DNA from: an uncultured delta proteobacterium
GTDB taxonomy: Bacteria > Myxococcota_A > Polyangia > Polyangiales > Polyangiaceae
Assembly (NCBI GenBank): GCA_963763745.1
Contig: CAVXQJ010000016.1
Coordinates: 321,029 to 385,028, forward strand
Direction of reading: 5' to 3'
Length of the DNA: 64,000 bases
Position numbers and translations under genes: made by a program. Positions 40,646 through 50,043 of this stretch are shown piece after piece. The first letter of the stretch is position 1. Each line of letters begins with the position of its first letter. The notes beneath the pieces are model-generated. The model saw only the letters and a list, made by a program, of their open reading frames with translations, made no database searches and was not told where the DNA came from.

Positions 40646-43426
40646 ATGTCTTCACTTCGCTTCGTCTTGGTCGCGTTTTGTGTGCTGCACGGGTGCGATT
40701 GCTCCGAGCCACCGCCCATCACGCCTGCAACTTGGGAAATCGTCGGCAGCTCGCTCCCGAGCGCGCTCATGTCCGTCGGCGGAACCTCGTCGACCGACGT
40801 CTACCTAGCCGGCGCAGACAAAGGCTCCGGCCCGCTCGTCTTCCACTTCGACGGAAAGGCGTGGACCGAGCTCCAGACGGGCGTGAGCGGCGATCTCTGG
40901 TGGGTGCACGCGTTCACCGGTGGCCCCGTTTTCTTCGCCGGCGCGAATTCGCTCCTCCTTCGCTACGACGGAAACACGTTCGAGCGATTGCCCGTACCCG
41001 GCCTCGCGCGCCAAACGATCTATGGCGTGTGGGGCACGAGCCCGACGGACGTGTACGCAGTCGGCGGCGCCGCGGGTCGCGAAGGATTCATCTGGCACTA
41101 CGACGGACAAAGCTTCACGCCGGTGGATCTTCCGCAAGACACGCCGCGCACGACGAACGGCGAGGTGCCCGGTCTCTTCAAAGTGTGGGGGCAAGGGGAC
41201 GACGTGTGGGTCGTCGGCGGCGCGGGAACGATCTTGCACAAGAAGGGGAGCGGCGCGTTCACCAACGTCCCGAGCGGAATGGCGGACACGCTCTTCACCG
41301 TGAGCGGCGACCAGACGCGCGTCGTCGCAGTCGGCGGCGCCAGCAACGGTGAGGCCGTGCTCGGGAGCGCGAGCGGATTTGCGAACGCATCGCCGCAAGC
41401 GGCGGGCCTCCTCCAAGGCGTCGACGTCGCGCCCTCCGGCGACGTGTGGGCGAGCGGCGAAAAAGGCCTGATGTATTCGTTGCAGAATGCAAACTTCGTC
41501 CAAGTCGATCACGGTCTCCCGCTGACGGTAGGCTCGCTCCACGCGACGTGGGTCGACGACGTGGGCGGCGTGTGGTCCGTCGGCGGCAACGTGCTCACGG
41601 CGTCGCTGGATCAGGGCGCCGTGATTCACTACGGCGCGCAGATCCCCGCGCTCCCGTACATTCCCGGTCCCGAAGCCGGGACCGACGCGCCGCCGCCGGT
41701 CACGTGTCCGCAATCGGTGATCGACGTGGCGAAGGACAAATCCATCGCGCGGCGGTGGGACGAACAAACGCTCGCGTCGATTCGTCGCGATGTCCCGCGG
41801 CCGACGGTGCACGCGCGAAACCTCTATCACGTGAGCGCGGCGATGTGGGACGCGTGGGCCGCGTTCGACAACGTCGCGGAGGGCGTCTTCGTGCGCGAGA
41901 AACAAACTTCGTCGAGCGTGGACGCGGCGCGCGCCGAAGCGATTTCGTACGCCGCGTATCGCGTGCTCCTCGATCGCTACACGACCGCGATCGGCGGCGC
42001 GACGGACGTCGCGTGTTACCGCGCGGTCATGCAAGCGCTCGGTTACGATCCCGACGACAAGACCGACACGGGCGCGACGCCGCGCGCGCTCGGAAATCGC
42101 GTCGGCGAGGCCATCATCGCGAAGGGCGCCGTCGACGGCTCGGATCAATCGAAGAACTACGCCGATCCGAACCCGTACGTTCCCGTCAATCCGCCGCTCG
42201 TCGTCGACGACGTCGGCACGACGTTGAACGATCCGAACACGTGGCAGCAGCTCAACTTGTCCGTCGCGCAGACGCAGAACGGAATCATCTTGCCCGCGGG
42301 CATTCAGGGGTACATCGGCTCGCAGTGGGGAAGCGTCGTGCCGTTTGCGATGACGCGCGTGTCCGATCAAGTCCCTTGGCACGACGCAGGGCCGGCGCCC
42401 GTCGTCGATGCGCAGATGACTTCGTACATCCAAGAGGTGATCACGCGATCGAGCGAGCTCGACCCGAGCGACCCAGCGATGATGGACGTCTCGCCCGGCG
42501 CATACGGCAACAATTCGCTCGGCGCGAACGACGGCACGGGCCACGCGCTCAATCCGATTACGAATCAACCGTACGCATCGGTGATGGCGCGCCGCGGAGA
42601 CTTCGGTCGCGCTCTCGCGGAGTTTTGGGCCGATGGTCCGAGCAGCGAGACGCCGCCGGGACATTGGAACGTGATCGCGAACCTCGTCGCCGACTCGCCC
42701 AATTTCGGATTCCAACTCTTCGGGACCGGCACGCCGCTCGATCCGCTCTCGTGGGACGTGCACGTGTATCTCGCGGTGAACGGCGCCGTGCACGACGCGG
42801 CGATCACCGCGTGGGATCTCAAGCGCCGCTCCGTCAGCGTGCGACCGATTTCGCTCGTCCGATGGATGGGCGCCATGGGAACGCTGCCCACCGTGCCAGG
42901 CGTGATCGAGACGATCACCGACGCGTCGAGCGCGCCCGGCGAGCGCCACGCGCACCTCGCGCTCTACAAAGGCGAGACGGCCATCTACGCGTGGCGCGGC
43001 GAGCCCGCGGATCGCAAGACCCAGGTCTCGGGCGCGGGATGGATTCGCGCGGTCGACTGGATGCCGTATCAGCGGCGCACCTTCGTGACGCCGGCGTTTC
43101 CCGGTTTCATCTCCGGTCACAGCACGTTCAGCCGCGCGGCCGCCGAGGTGCTCGCGACGCTCACCGGCTCGCCGTATTTTCCCGGCGGGCTCGCGGAGTA
43201 CGTTCTCCCGCAAGACAAGTGGCTCACGTTCGAGCTCGGTCCATCGGCGGACGTTCACTTGCAGTGGGCGACGTACTACGACGCGTCCGATCAAGCGGGT
43301 CAGTCGCGCATTTGGGGCGGCATCCACATCACCGCGGACGACTTCGCGGGCCGCAACCTCGGGAGCCTCGTCGGCAAGGATGCCGTCGCGCTCGCGGCGC
43401 AATACTTCAACGGCACCGCGCCCTGA
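40646..43426 (+). CDS. Lipoprotein with an N-terminal beta-propeller-like repeat region and a C-terminal PAP2-superfamily / vanadium-haloperoxidase-like domain
   Basis: Lipobox VLHGC-D. Repeated ...VWxVGG... blades. The C-terminal motifs KRRSVSVRP, PGFISGHSTFS and SRIWGGIHITAD match the PAP2 KxxxxxxRP / PSGH / SRxxxxxHxxxD pattern. Confidence 0.65.
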   Translation: MSSLRFVLVAFCVLHGCDCSEPPPITPATWEIVGSSLPSALMSVGGTSSTDVYLAGADKGSGPLVFHFDGKAWTELQTGVSGDLWWVHAFTGGPVFFAGANSLLLRYDGNTFERLPVPGLARQTIYGVWGTSPTDVYAVGGAAGREGFIWHYDGQSFTPVDLPQDTPRTTNGEVPGLFKVWGQGDDVWVVGGAGTILHKKGSGAFTNVPSGMADTLFTVSGDQTRVVAVGGASNGEAVLGSASGFANASPQAAGLLQGVDVAPSGDVWASGEKGLMYSLQNANFVQVDHGLPLTVGSLHATWVDDVGGVWSVGGNVLTASLDQGAVIHYGAQIPALPYIPGPEAGTDAPPPVTCPQSVIDVAKDKSIARRWDEQTLASIRRDVPRPTVHARNLYHVSAAMWDAWAAFDNVAEGVFVREKQTSSSVDAARAEAISYAAYRVLLDRYTTAIGGATDVACYRAVMQALGYDPDDKTDTGATPRALGNRVGEAIIAKGAVDGSDQSKNYADPNPYVPVNPPLVVDDVGTTLNDPNTWQQLNLSVAQTQNGIILPAGIQGYIGSQWGSVVPFAMTRVSDQVPWHDAGPAPVVDAQMTSYIQEVITRSSELDPSDPAMMDVSPGAYGNNSLGANDGTGHALNPITNQPYASVMARRGDFGRALAEFWADGPSSETPPGHWNVIANLVADSPNFGFQLFGTGTPLDPLSWDVHVYLAVNGAVHDAAITAWDLKRRSVSVRPISLVRWMGAMGTLPTVPGVIETITDASSAPGERHAHLALYKGETAIYAWRGEPADRKTQVSGAGWIRAVDWMPYQRRTFVTPAFPGFISGHSTFSRAAAEVLATLTGSPYFPGGLAEYVLPQDKWLTFELGPSADVHLQWATYYDASDQAGQSRIWGGIHITADDFAGRNLGSLVGKDAVALAAQYFNGTAP

Positions 43427-43482
43427 CCCAACGCGGCACACGCGCGTCGCGTGGTTTCGCGCAGTTGAGAGCGGCACCTGGT

Positions 43483-44841
43483 ATGCAATGGGCAACTCTC
43501 ATGCGGAAGTTCGTCCTCGCGACAGCGGCGCTCTCCATCCTCGTGCTCGCGCGGCCGACACCCGCTCACGCGTGCGGCGGTTGCTTCTCGCCGCCGTCGC
43601 AGAATCCCACGGTCGTCACCGATCACCGGATGATCCTCAGCGTCTCGCTCCAGCAGACGACGCTCTACGACCAAATCGAATATTCGGGCGCGCCCGAGTC
43701 GTTCGCCTGGGTCCTCCCGATCGCCGGCACGGTCGACGTGGGTCTATCGGCGGACATCGTCTTCGACGTGCTCGACTCGCTCACGCACACGACCGTGTTC
43801 GCGCCGCCGCTCGGCTGCGCCCCGCCGCCGTATTGTCCGTCCGGCGCGGATGCTGGCGTCGCGCTCGAAGACGCGAGCGCGGGCGGCGTGAACGTCCTCA
43901 AACAAGAAGTCGTCGGCCCGTACGAGACCGTCCAGCTCCAGAGCACCGATCCGCAAGCGCTCAACACCTGGCTCACGAGCCACGGCTACGACGTTCCGTC
44001 GGACGTGCAGCCCGTCATCGACGCGTACGTGAGCGAGGGTTTCGATTTTCTCGCGATGAAGCTCGTGCCCGGCGCGAGCGTTCAATCGATGCGGCCCGTG
44101 CGCGTGACGACGCAAGGCGCGTCGCCGGTTCTCCCGCTTCGCATGGTCGCCGCCGGAACGGGAACGAACGTCGGCATCACGCTCTGGATCGTCGGCGAAG
44201 GTCGCTACGAGCCGCAGAACTTCCCGTTCTTCCGCATCGAAGACAGCGAGATCGTCTGGGACTACGCGACGCAATCGAGCAACTACGCGACGCTCCGCCA
44301 AGAGCACGAGCAAACGCTCAGCGGGCGCGGTTGGGAGATGGAGAGCTCGCTCTCTCTCGACGTGCCCACCGTCGAATCGCAGGTTCGATATGGAGGCACG
44401 TATCCGTATTACGGTTACGACGCAGGTGCCGACTACGATCCAATCACGACGGCCGACGGCGGAACGGAGACGCCCGACCAAGCGCGCGACGCGGATCTCG
44501 CGACGCTCTTCGCCGGCGTGAGCACGCCGAACGCGCGCGTCACGCGCATCCGCTCGGACATCGCGCGCGCCGCGCTCACGGCGGATCTCTCGCTTCAGGC
44601 ATCGCAAGATCAGAGCGTCCTCGCGAGCAATCGATACCCGACGAGCTCGATCAACAAACCCGCGTGTCCGAAATACCCGAGCTGCCCGACCGAAGACGCG
44701 GGCGACAACTCGATCCACGCGTACGGCGGAAGCGGGTGCGGCGTTTCACCCGAGAGTGATGGGAACGGCTTCTTGTGGATGTTCGGCGGCGTCGCGATGA
44801 TGATCGCGCACGGCGTGCTGGCGCGGCGTCGCAAACGCTGA
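43483..44841 (+). CDS. DUF2330-like secreted protein with a MYXO-CTERM tail (paralog 1)
   Basis: Signal peptide, then AHACGGCF. It ends ...GSGCGV...LWMFGGVAMMIAHGVLARRRKR. The start is at 43483 or 43501. Confidence 0.7.
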   Translation: MQWATLMRKFVLATAALSILVLARPTPAHACGGCFSPPSQNPTVVTDHRMILSVSLQQTTLYDQIEYSGAPESFAWVLPIAGTVDVGLSADIVFDVLDSLTHTTVFAPPLGCAPPPYCPSGADAGVALEDASAGGVNVLKQEVVGPYETVQLQSTDPQALNTWLTSHGYDVPSDVQPVIDAYVSEGFDFLAMKLVPGASVQSMRPVRVTTQGASPVLPLRMVAAGTGTNVGITLWIVGEGRYEPQNFPFFRIEDSEIVWDYATQSSNYATLRQEHEQTLSGRGWEMESSLSLDVPTVESQVRYGGTYPYYGYDAGADYDPITTADGGTETPDQARDADLATLFAGVSTPNARVTRIRSDIARAALTADLSLQASQDQSVLASNRYPTSSINKPACPKYPSCPTEDAGDNSIHAYGGSGCGVSPESDGNGFLWMFGGVAMMIAHGVLARRRKR

Positions 44842-44853
44842 CAAACTTCCTCG

Positions 44854-46197
44854 ATGCTTCGACTATTTTCGTGGGGTGCGCTCGCAGCGCTCGCGATGGT
44901 TCCGATCTCGCTCGAGCGCGACGCGCGCGCGTGCGGCGGTTGTTTTCGCCCGACGCAAGTCGTGACGGCGGTGAACGCGCACCGCATGGTGTTCTCGGTC
45001 TCTCCAGAGCAGACGGTGCTCTGGGATCAATTCACGTACTCGGGCAATCCGCAGGATTTCGCCTGGGTCCTCCCGGTGCACGCGGCGGGCGTTCAAGTCC
45101 AGCTCGCGCACGACGAGTTCATCGCGGCGCTCGACGCGTGGACGGCGCCGGTGATTCGAGGTCCGCAAGCTACCGGCGGCGGTGGTTGCAGCTCGAACGC
45201 GACTTCGTTCGAAGGGCCCGGCAGCGGCGGCGTCACCGTGATCAACCAACAGATCGTCGGGCCGTACGAAGTCGCGACGCTCGCGGCGACCGATCCGGGC
45301 GCGCTCGAAAATTGGCTCGCCGCGCACGGCTACGAGATCCCATCGAACGTCCAGCCGACGATCGCCGCGTACGTGGCCGGCGGGTTCGATTTCATCGCGC
45401 TTCGTTTGCAACCCGGTCAAGGCGTCGCCGCGATGCAACCCGTTCGCGTCGTGACGAGCGGCGCGGACCCGACCCTCCCGCTTCGCATGGTCGCGGCCGG
45501 CGTCGGCGCGGACGTGAGCATTCTCCTCTACGTGATCTCGGAGGGCCGATTCGAGACCGCGAACTTCCACAACCTCACGATCGACGAATCGAAGCTCGCG
45601 TGGGACAAGAACGCGAACAGCTCGAACTACGACTCGGTGATCAAAGACACGATGACGGGCGGCGACGGTCGCAACTTCGTCGTGGAGTTCGCCGGCCACC
45701 TTTTCTCGAACGATCCGTCGATCAACTCGAGGCAAGCGTTCACGCAGTTCTATTACAGCGGCGCGACGCAAGCGCAGAAGTGTCCGTATCAGTCGATCGA
45801 CGGACCGGATTTCTCGAGCATCGTCACGAATCCTTTCGACGCGAGCTCGGGCTTCGGCGATGCGAGCACGAGTGATGGCGGCGCGAGCGATGGCGGCGGG
45901 ACGCTCGCCGCGCCGTACGACCAGTGCTTCTTCGACGACCTCACGACGGCGACGCAAGGAATGAATCGCAACGACGTATTTCTCACGCGCCTCCGCGCCG
46001 ATCTCGCGGTCGCTTCGCTCGACAAAGATCTCGTGGTTCAAGCGGCCGCGGATCAATCGCCGTACGACAACGTCCACAACGTGACGCAGAGCACGAGCGG
46101 ATGCGCCACCGCAAACGAAGCGCCCGATCGCGGCATGCTCGTCGTGCTCTTCGGCACGCTCGCCGCGCTCTTCGCGTGGAAGCGCCGTGCGCGCTAG
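44854..46197 (+). CDS. DUF2330-like secreted protein with a MYXO-CTERM tail (paralog 2)
   Basis: ARACGGCF after the signal peptide. It is colinear with paralog 1 (FAWVLP, VGPYE, HGY.PS, EGFDF, MQPVRVTT, LPLRMVAAG). It ends SGCATANE...LVVLFGTLAALFAWKRRAR. Confidence 0.7.
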   Translation: MLRLFSWGALAALAMVPISLERDARACGGCFRPTQVVTAVNAHRMVFSVSPEQTVLWDQFTYSGNPQDFAWVLPVHAAGVQVQLAHDEFIAALDAWTAPVIRGPQATGGGGCSSNATSFEGPGSGGVTVINQQIVGPYEVATLAATDPGALENWLAAHGYEIPSNVQPTIAAYVAGGFDFIALRLQPGQGVAAMQPVRVVTSGADPTLPLRMVAAGVGADVSILLYVISEGRFETANFHNLTIDESKLAWDKNANSSNYDSVIKDTMTGGDGRNFVVEFAGHLFSNDPSINSRQAFTQFYYSGATQAQKCPYQSIDGPDFSSIVTNPFDASSGFGDASTSDGGASDGGGTLAAPYDQCFFDDLTTATQGMNRNDVFLTRLRADLAVASLDKDLVVQAAADQSPYDNVHNVTQSTSGCATANEAPDRGMLVVLFGTLAALFAWKRRAR

Positions 46198-47125
46198 CGC
46201 GATTGCGCTCGCCGCCGCGTTCGCGTGTCGATCCGAATCGCCCGGCACGCTGACGGCGGGCATCGAGGACAGTCAGCTCGGAGATTATCTGCAGAGCGTT
46301 CACGTCGTCACGACGGCGGACGGCGTCGTGACGAGCGACACGACGTACCGCGCGTCGCAGGGCGCGCTCTTTCCGCGCGAAGTGAAGATGGATCCGCACG
46401 GAGATCCCGAAGCGCTCGCGTCGGTGCGCGTCGAGGGGTTCGCGACGGACGATCCGTCGGCGTCCGCGCCCGCGATCGTGCGCACCGCGGAGACGACGAT
46501 GTCGCCCGCGCCGTGGAACAAGCTCCTCCGCATCGATCTGGATCCGCTGTGCGTCACGCTGCCGCCATCGGGCGGGATCGTCGGACCGACGTGCTCGCAA
46601 CCGGGCACGACGTGCATCGCCGGCAACTGCGTGAGCGACATGATCGACCCGGCGTCGCTGCAGGACTATCAGACGAACTGGCCATCCGCCGCGCCCGACG
46701 TGTGTCGCCCCGCGAACCCGGGCGCGCCCATCGTCGTCGTCGGCGAAGGGCAGTCCGACTACTTGCCGCTCACCGATGGCCAAACGCTCCAAGCGCAGAC
46801 GGGCCCGCAAGGCGGTCATCACATTTGGATCGCGACGCGCATGCAGAACTTGAAGCAATCGGGATCGACGACGACGGTGACCGCGGTGCAACCCGGCACG
46901 GGAGCTACCGTCGCGCCGTTCTCCGTCGTGTTCACGTTTCTTCCGGACGACGGCGGCTTCTGCAAGCTCTACGGGCTTCGATTTCAGCTCGACGCGAACG
47001 GTGTAGATTACACGCAATTTCTCGGAAAGCCTCTCGACGTCACCGTCACGATCGCCGACTCGCTCGGCGAGACGGGGAGCGGCATCGCGCACATCAACCT
47101 CGACACGACGGTGCTCCCTCTCTAG
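46187..47125 (+). CDS. Secreted Cys-containing protein of unknown function
   Basis: N-terminal signal peptide (MRASAIALAAAFAC). Protein-like 312 aa. It overlaps the previous gene by 11 nt. Confidence 0.5.
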   Translation: MRASAIALAAAFACRSESPGTLTAGIEDSQLGDYLQSVHVVTTADGVVTSDTTYRASQGALFPREVKMDPHGDPEALASVRVEGFATDDPSASAPAIVRTAETTMSPAPWNKLLRIDLDPLCVTLPPSGGIVGPTCSQPGTTCIAGNCVSDMIDPASLQDYQTNWPSAAPDVCRPANPGAPIVVVGEGQSDYLPLTDGQTLQAQTGPQGGHHIWIATRMQNLKQSGSTTTVTAVQPGTGATVAPFSVVFTFLPDDGGFCKLYGLRFQLDANGVDYTQFLGKPLDVTVTIADSLGETGSGIAHINLDTTVLPL

Positions 47126-47140
47126 GTCGCGTGCATCCTA
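47117..47140. terminator. 7-bp perfect inverted repeat (ctctagg-N10-cctagag) spanning the stop codons of two convergent genes
   Basis: Seen directly. Both genes end in TAG inside the stem arms. There is no U-tract, so this is only a weak terminator candidate. Confidence 0.25.
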
Positions 47141-48157
47141 GAGCGAACCGCCGAAGCCGATCTCGAGCCCGCCCGGGATCGGAAATGCGAGCGGGGAGAT
47201 CGAGACGTCGGAGGGGCGCGGCACGCGCGGCGCGCCATCTTTCGGAAGCCACGCGGTCGCGATGAACGTGGACACGAAGCCGATGCCGCTCCCGATCGCG
47301 ATCGCAGCGAAGGAGTCGGGCGCCTTGCAGTGATCGATGCACGCGAGACCGGGGATCACCGCGCCGCCGATCCAACCGAGGTCGATCAAATGCACGCGGA
47401 GCGTGCTCGGCGAGAGCCACGTCGCGGTCGCGATGCCGCCGGCCGTGCCCGCGATCCCCGCGAGCGCCGCCGTGATGCCTACGTTGCGATTGCCTTCGGG
47501 GTCGAAGGCTGGCGTTGGATATCCAGCGGGTCGCGATGCGGCGCCCGCGAGGCTCCCCGCGAACAAACCGCCGAAGAGCCCGGTCGTCGCGACCCACGAT
47601 GCGCGCCCCGGCGTCGTCTTCACGAAGCGCGTGAGAACGAGCCCCGTCGCGAGCCCGACGGCCGGACCGGCGAAGATCCACGCGATGTCCTTTCGATACG
47701 TGTGAAACGACGACGTCGCGCGGTTCGCGAAGTACTCGTTCCACGCGATGGCTTCGCCGAGCCCGAGGAGCATGCTCGTCGATACGATCGTCGGAGCGCC
47801 GCGCTCGTAGTGGTTCACGTGATCGATGAGGGGGACGAGTGCCGCGCCGAGAGGCGCGGTGAGCAGCGTGGCGAGCTCCGCGCCGATCGCCGCGCGCGCG
47901 AACGGGCTCGGCTGCGACATCCCGTCGATGAAGAGCGGCACGGAGCCTGCCCATTCGATCATCGTGAGGTAGAGAAGAACGAGCTCGCCGGGCTCGCGCC
48001 GGTTTGGATCGTGTGGGCGTCGCGGCTTTTTGACGTTCGTCTCGTCGAGCGTCGGTGTGTCGTCGTCGACGGCGACGTCTGCGAGCGCGCTGCGTGGCGC
48101 GATCAGCGCGAGCGCGATCGCCGCCGCACCAGCGACGCAAGCGCGATGAGCATGAGC
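47138..48157 (-). CDS. Integral membrane protein of unknown function (start uncertain)
   Basis: ORF 47138..48250 has several hydrophobic helices. Its 5' end overlaps the DUF2330 gene, so the true start is probably internal. Confidence 0.4.
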   Translation of the reverse strand, partial: AHAHRACVAGAAAIALALIAPRSALADVAVDDDTPTLDETNVKKPRRPHDPNRREPGELVLLYLTMIEWAGSVPLFIDGMSQPSPFARAAIGAELATLLTAPLGAALVPLIDHVNHYERGAPTIVSTSMLLGLGEAIAWNEYFANRATSSFHTYRKDIAWIFAGPAVGLATGLVLTRFVKTTPGRASWVATTGLFGGLFAGSLAGAASRPAGYPTPAFDPEGNRNVGITAALAGIAGTAGGIATATWLSPSTLRVHLIDLGWIGGAVIPGLACIDHCKAPDSFAAIAIGSGIGFVSTFIATAWLPKDGAPRVPRPSDVSISPLAFPIPGGLEIGFGGSL

Positions 48158-49635
48158 GACGTCGAGATCACGTTTCGATTTTCGCCGGCCGTCTCGCATC
48201 CACATCCATCTTTCGGCGGCGGGGAAGCAGTCGCCGGCGCGTTGGGACAAGGGTCGTAGCTCGGATCACTGTACGCGCTCGTCTGGATCGTGGTCGAGAG
48301 GGTCGATTGGTCGCCGCTCGCTTTGAGCTTCAAGTCGACCGCGAGCGCGTTCGCGGGGAGCGTCGTACGGAGGCGCGTCACGCGAATGTCGTAGGCATTC
48401 ATCGATTGCGTGGCGACGTCATAGTCGGTGAAGTACATGCACGCGGGTACGTAGTCGACGCACGTCGATGCGTCCGGTGCGCTGCCGTCGGCGATGCCGC
48501 CGTCGCTCGTCGTCGTCGTCGTGTCGTCGCTCGCGTCCGACGCATCGTCGCTCGCGTCGTCGCCGGCCTCCGCGGTCGCATCATCCATCGCGTCGTCCGT
48601 CGCGTCGTCGGGTGCATCCGTCGCCGCGTCGGGCGTGCCGCCGTCGTCGGGGCACGCGACGGGAACTTGCGGCGCCTTCAAGCACGCTGCTTGGTAGAGG
48701 CTCCCGAGATTGCCCACGGGCACGGACGATTCCGTCACCCAGCCGACGCCAGCCGTGACGGTGGTGTCGAACAGCTCCGAGTAGTTCGAGCGCTGAGCGG
48801 CGCCGTCCCAGACGACCTTCGAGCGATCGACGAGCAGCGCGGGAAAGCTCGAGGACTCGTAGCGACCTTCGCCGATGACGTAGAGCGTGAGCCCGACGGA
48901 CTGACCGATCCCGGCGGCGACCATGCGAAGCGGGAGCGTCGGGTCCGCGCCGGGCGTCGTCACGCGAACGGGTTGCATCGCGTTGACGCCCTCGTTCGGC
49001 GCGAGCTTCAGCGCGATGAAGTCGAAGCCTTCGTTCGTGTACGCGTCGAGCACGGGCTGGATCGACGTGGGAATGTCGAACCCGTTGTCGGTGAGCCAGG
49101 TCGAGATCGCTTCGCCGCTCGACGATCGAATCGTGACGGCGACGTATGGACCGACGACCTCTTGGGAGATCACGGTGACGCCGTTGCCGCCGTCGAAGTT
49201 GGCGCTCGCGTCGGCGTAGTTTCCGCCGCTGTACGAAACGGAGCTGTCGGATGCGCCGCAGCCGAACCCGCCCCCGCCACCGCCGCCATTGAATGCGCCG
49301 CAGCGCGACGGAAGCGGCGGCGAGTAGACAGCAGGGCTACTCGTGATGTCGAGCGCTTGAAGCCACTCGTCGCGCGCCAGATCGATCGTCGCGCCTTGTC
49401 CAACCGGGAGGACCCAGGCGAATTCGCTCGGGTTGCCCGTGTAACGAATCTGATCCCAGAGCACCGTTTGCGACGTCGAGATCGAAAACGCCATGCGGTG
49501 GTCGGTGACGACGCTCGTCGTCTGGTTCTGCCCCGGCGGCGGATGAAAACAACCTCCGCACGCGTGAGCGGGCGGCGCGTAAGTCACGATGGCCGCGAGA
49601 CCGAAGAGCGAAGAAAGAAGGAGTTGACGATTCAT
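48103..49635 (-). CDS. DUF2330-like secreted protein with a MYXO-CTERM tail (paralog 3), carrying an acidic Asp/Ala/Thr-rich insert
   Basis: AHACGGCF after the signal peptide. It shares the blocks of paralogs 1 and 2. It ends GCGCETAGEN...LMLIALASLVRRRSRSR. Confidence 0.7.
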   Translation of the reverse strand: MNRQLLLSSLFGLAAIVTYAPPAHACGGCFHPPPGQNQTTSVVTDHRMAFSISTSQTVLWDQIRYTGNPSEFAWVLPVGQGATIDLARDEWLQALDITSSPAVYSPPLPSRCGAFNGGGGGGGFGCGASDSSVSYSGGNYADASANFDGGNGVTVISQEVVGPYVAVTIRSSSGEAISTWLTDNGFDIPTSIQPVLDAYTNEGFDFIALKLAPNEGVNAMQPVRVTTPGADPTLPLRMVAAGIGQSVGLTLYVIGEGRYESSSFPALLVDRSKVVWDGAAQRSNYSELFDTTVTAGVGWVTESSVPVGNLGSLYQAACLKAPQVPVACPDDGGTPDAATDAPDDATDDAMDDATAEAGDDASDDASDASDDTTTTTSDGGIADGSAPDASTCVDYVPACMYFTDYDVATQSMNAYDIRVTRLRTTLPANALAVDLKLKASGDQSTLSTTIQTSAYSDPSYDPCPNAPATASPPPKDGCGCETAGENRNVISTSLMLIALASLVRRRSRSR

Positions 49636-49755
49636 TCCCGTTCTCCAAAGCGAAGACGCTCCATGACACGTTTGTCATGGAGAAGCATGCGAGAGACCCA
49701 CAAACCCCGCGGTTTCATGGGTAAGGCTCCGATGGAGTGCAACGCGCGCGCCATG

Positions 49756-50043
49756 TCAGCGAACGTGCTCGACCGACGTTCGTGGAGGCGCCGACTGGAT
49801 CGGGGGCGCCGAATTTTTTCCGTGCTCGATTATCTCGTACCCCGAAAGCGCGAGCACGAGCGCGCCGGCGATGACGAGGAGCGCGATCTGCGCGCGGCTC
49901 GGCTCGGTGCGTGAGCGGAGCTCGCGCGCTTTCTTCTTCACGTCATCGGACGCGTCGCTCTTTTCGATCTCGGTCACGCCGTCGCGCACGGCGCGGTAGT
50001 TCCCCGCTTCGAACGCTTTCTCGAGCGCGTCGAGATCCGTCAT
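49756..50043 (-). CDS. Small membrane protein (95 aa)
   Basis: MTDLDALEKAFEAGNYRAV...QIALLVIAGALVLALSGY (one TM helix). The ATG overlaps the stop of the upstream degraded gene. Confidence 0.4.
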   Translation of the reverse strand: MTDLDALEKAFEAGNYRAVRDGVTEIEKSDASDDVKKKARELRSRTEPSRAQIALLVIAGALVLALSGYEIIEHGKNSAPPIQSAPPRTSVEHVR

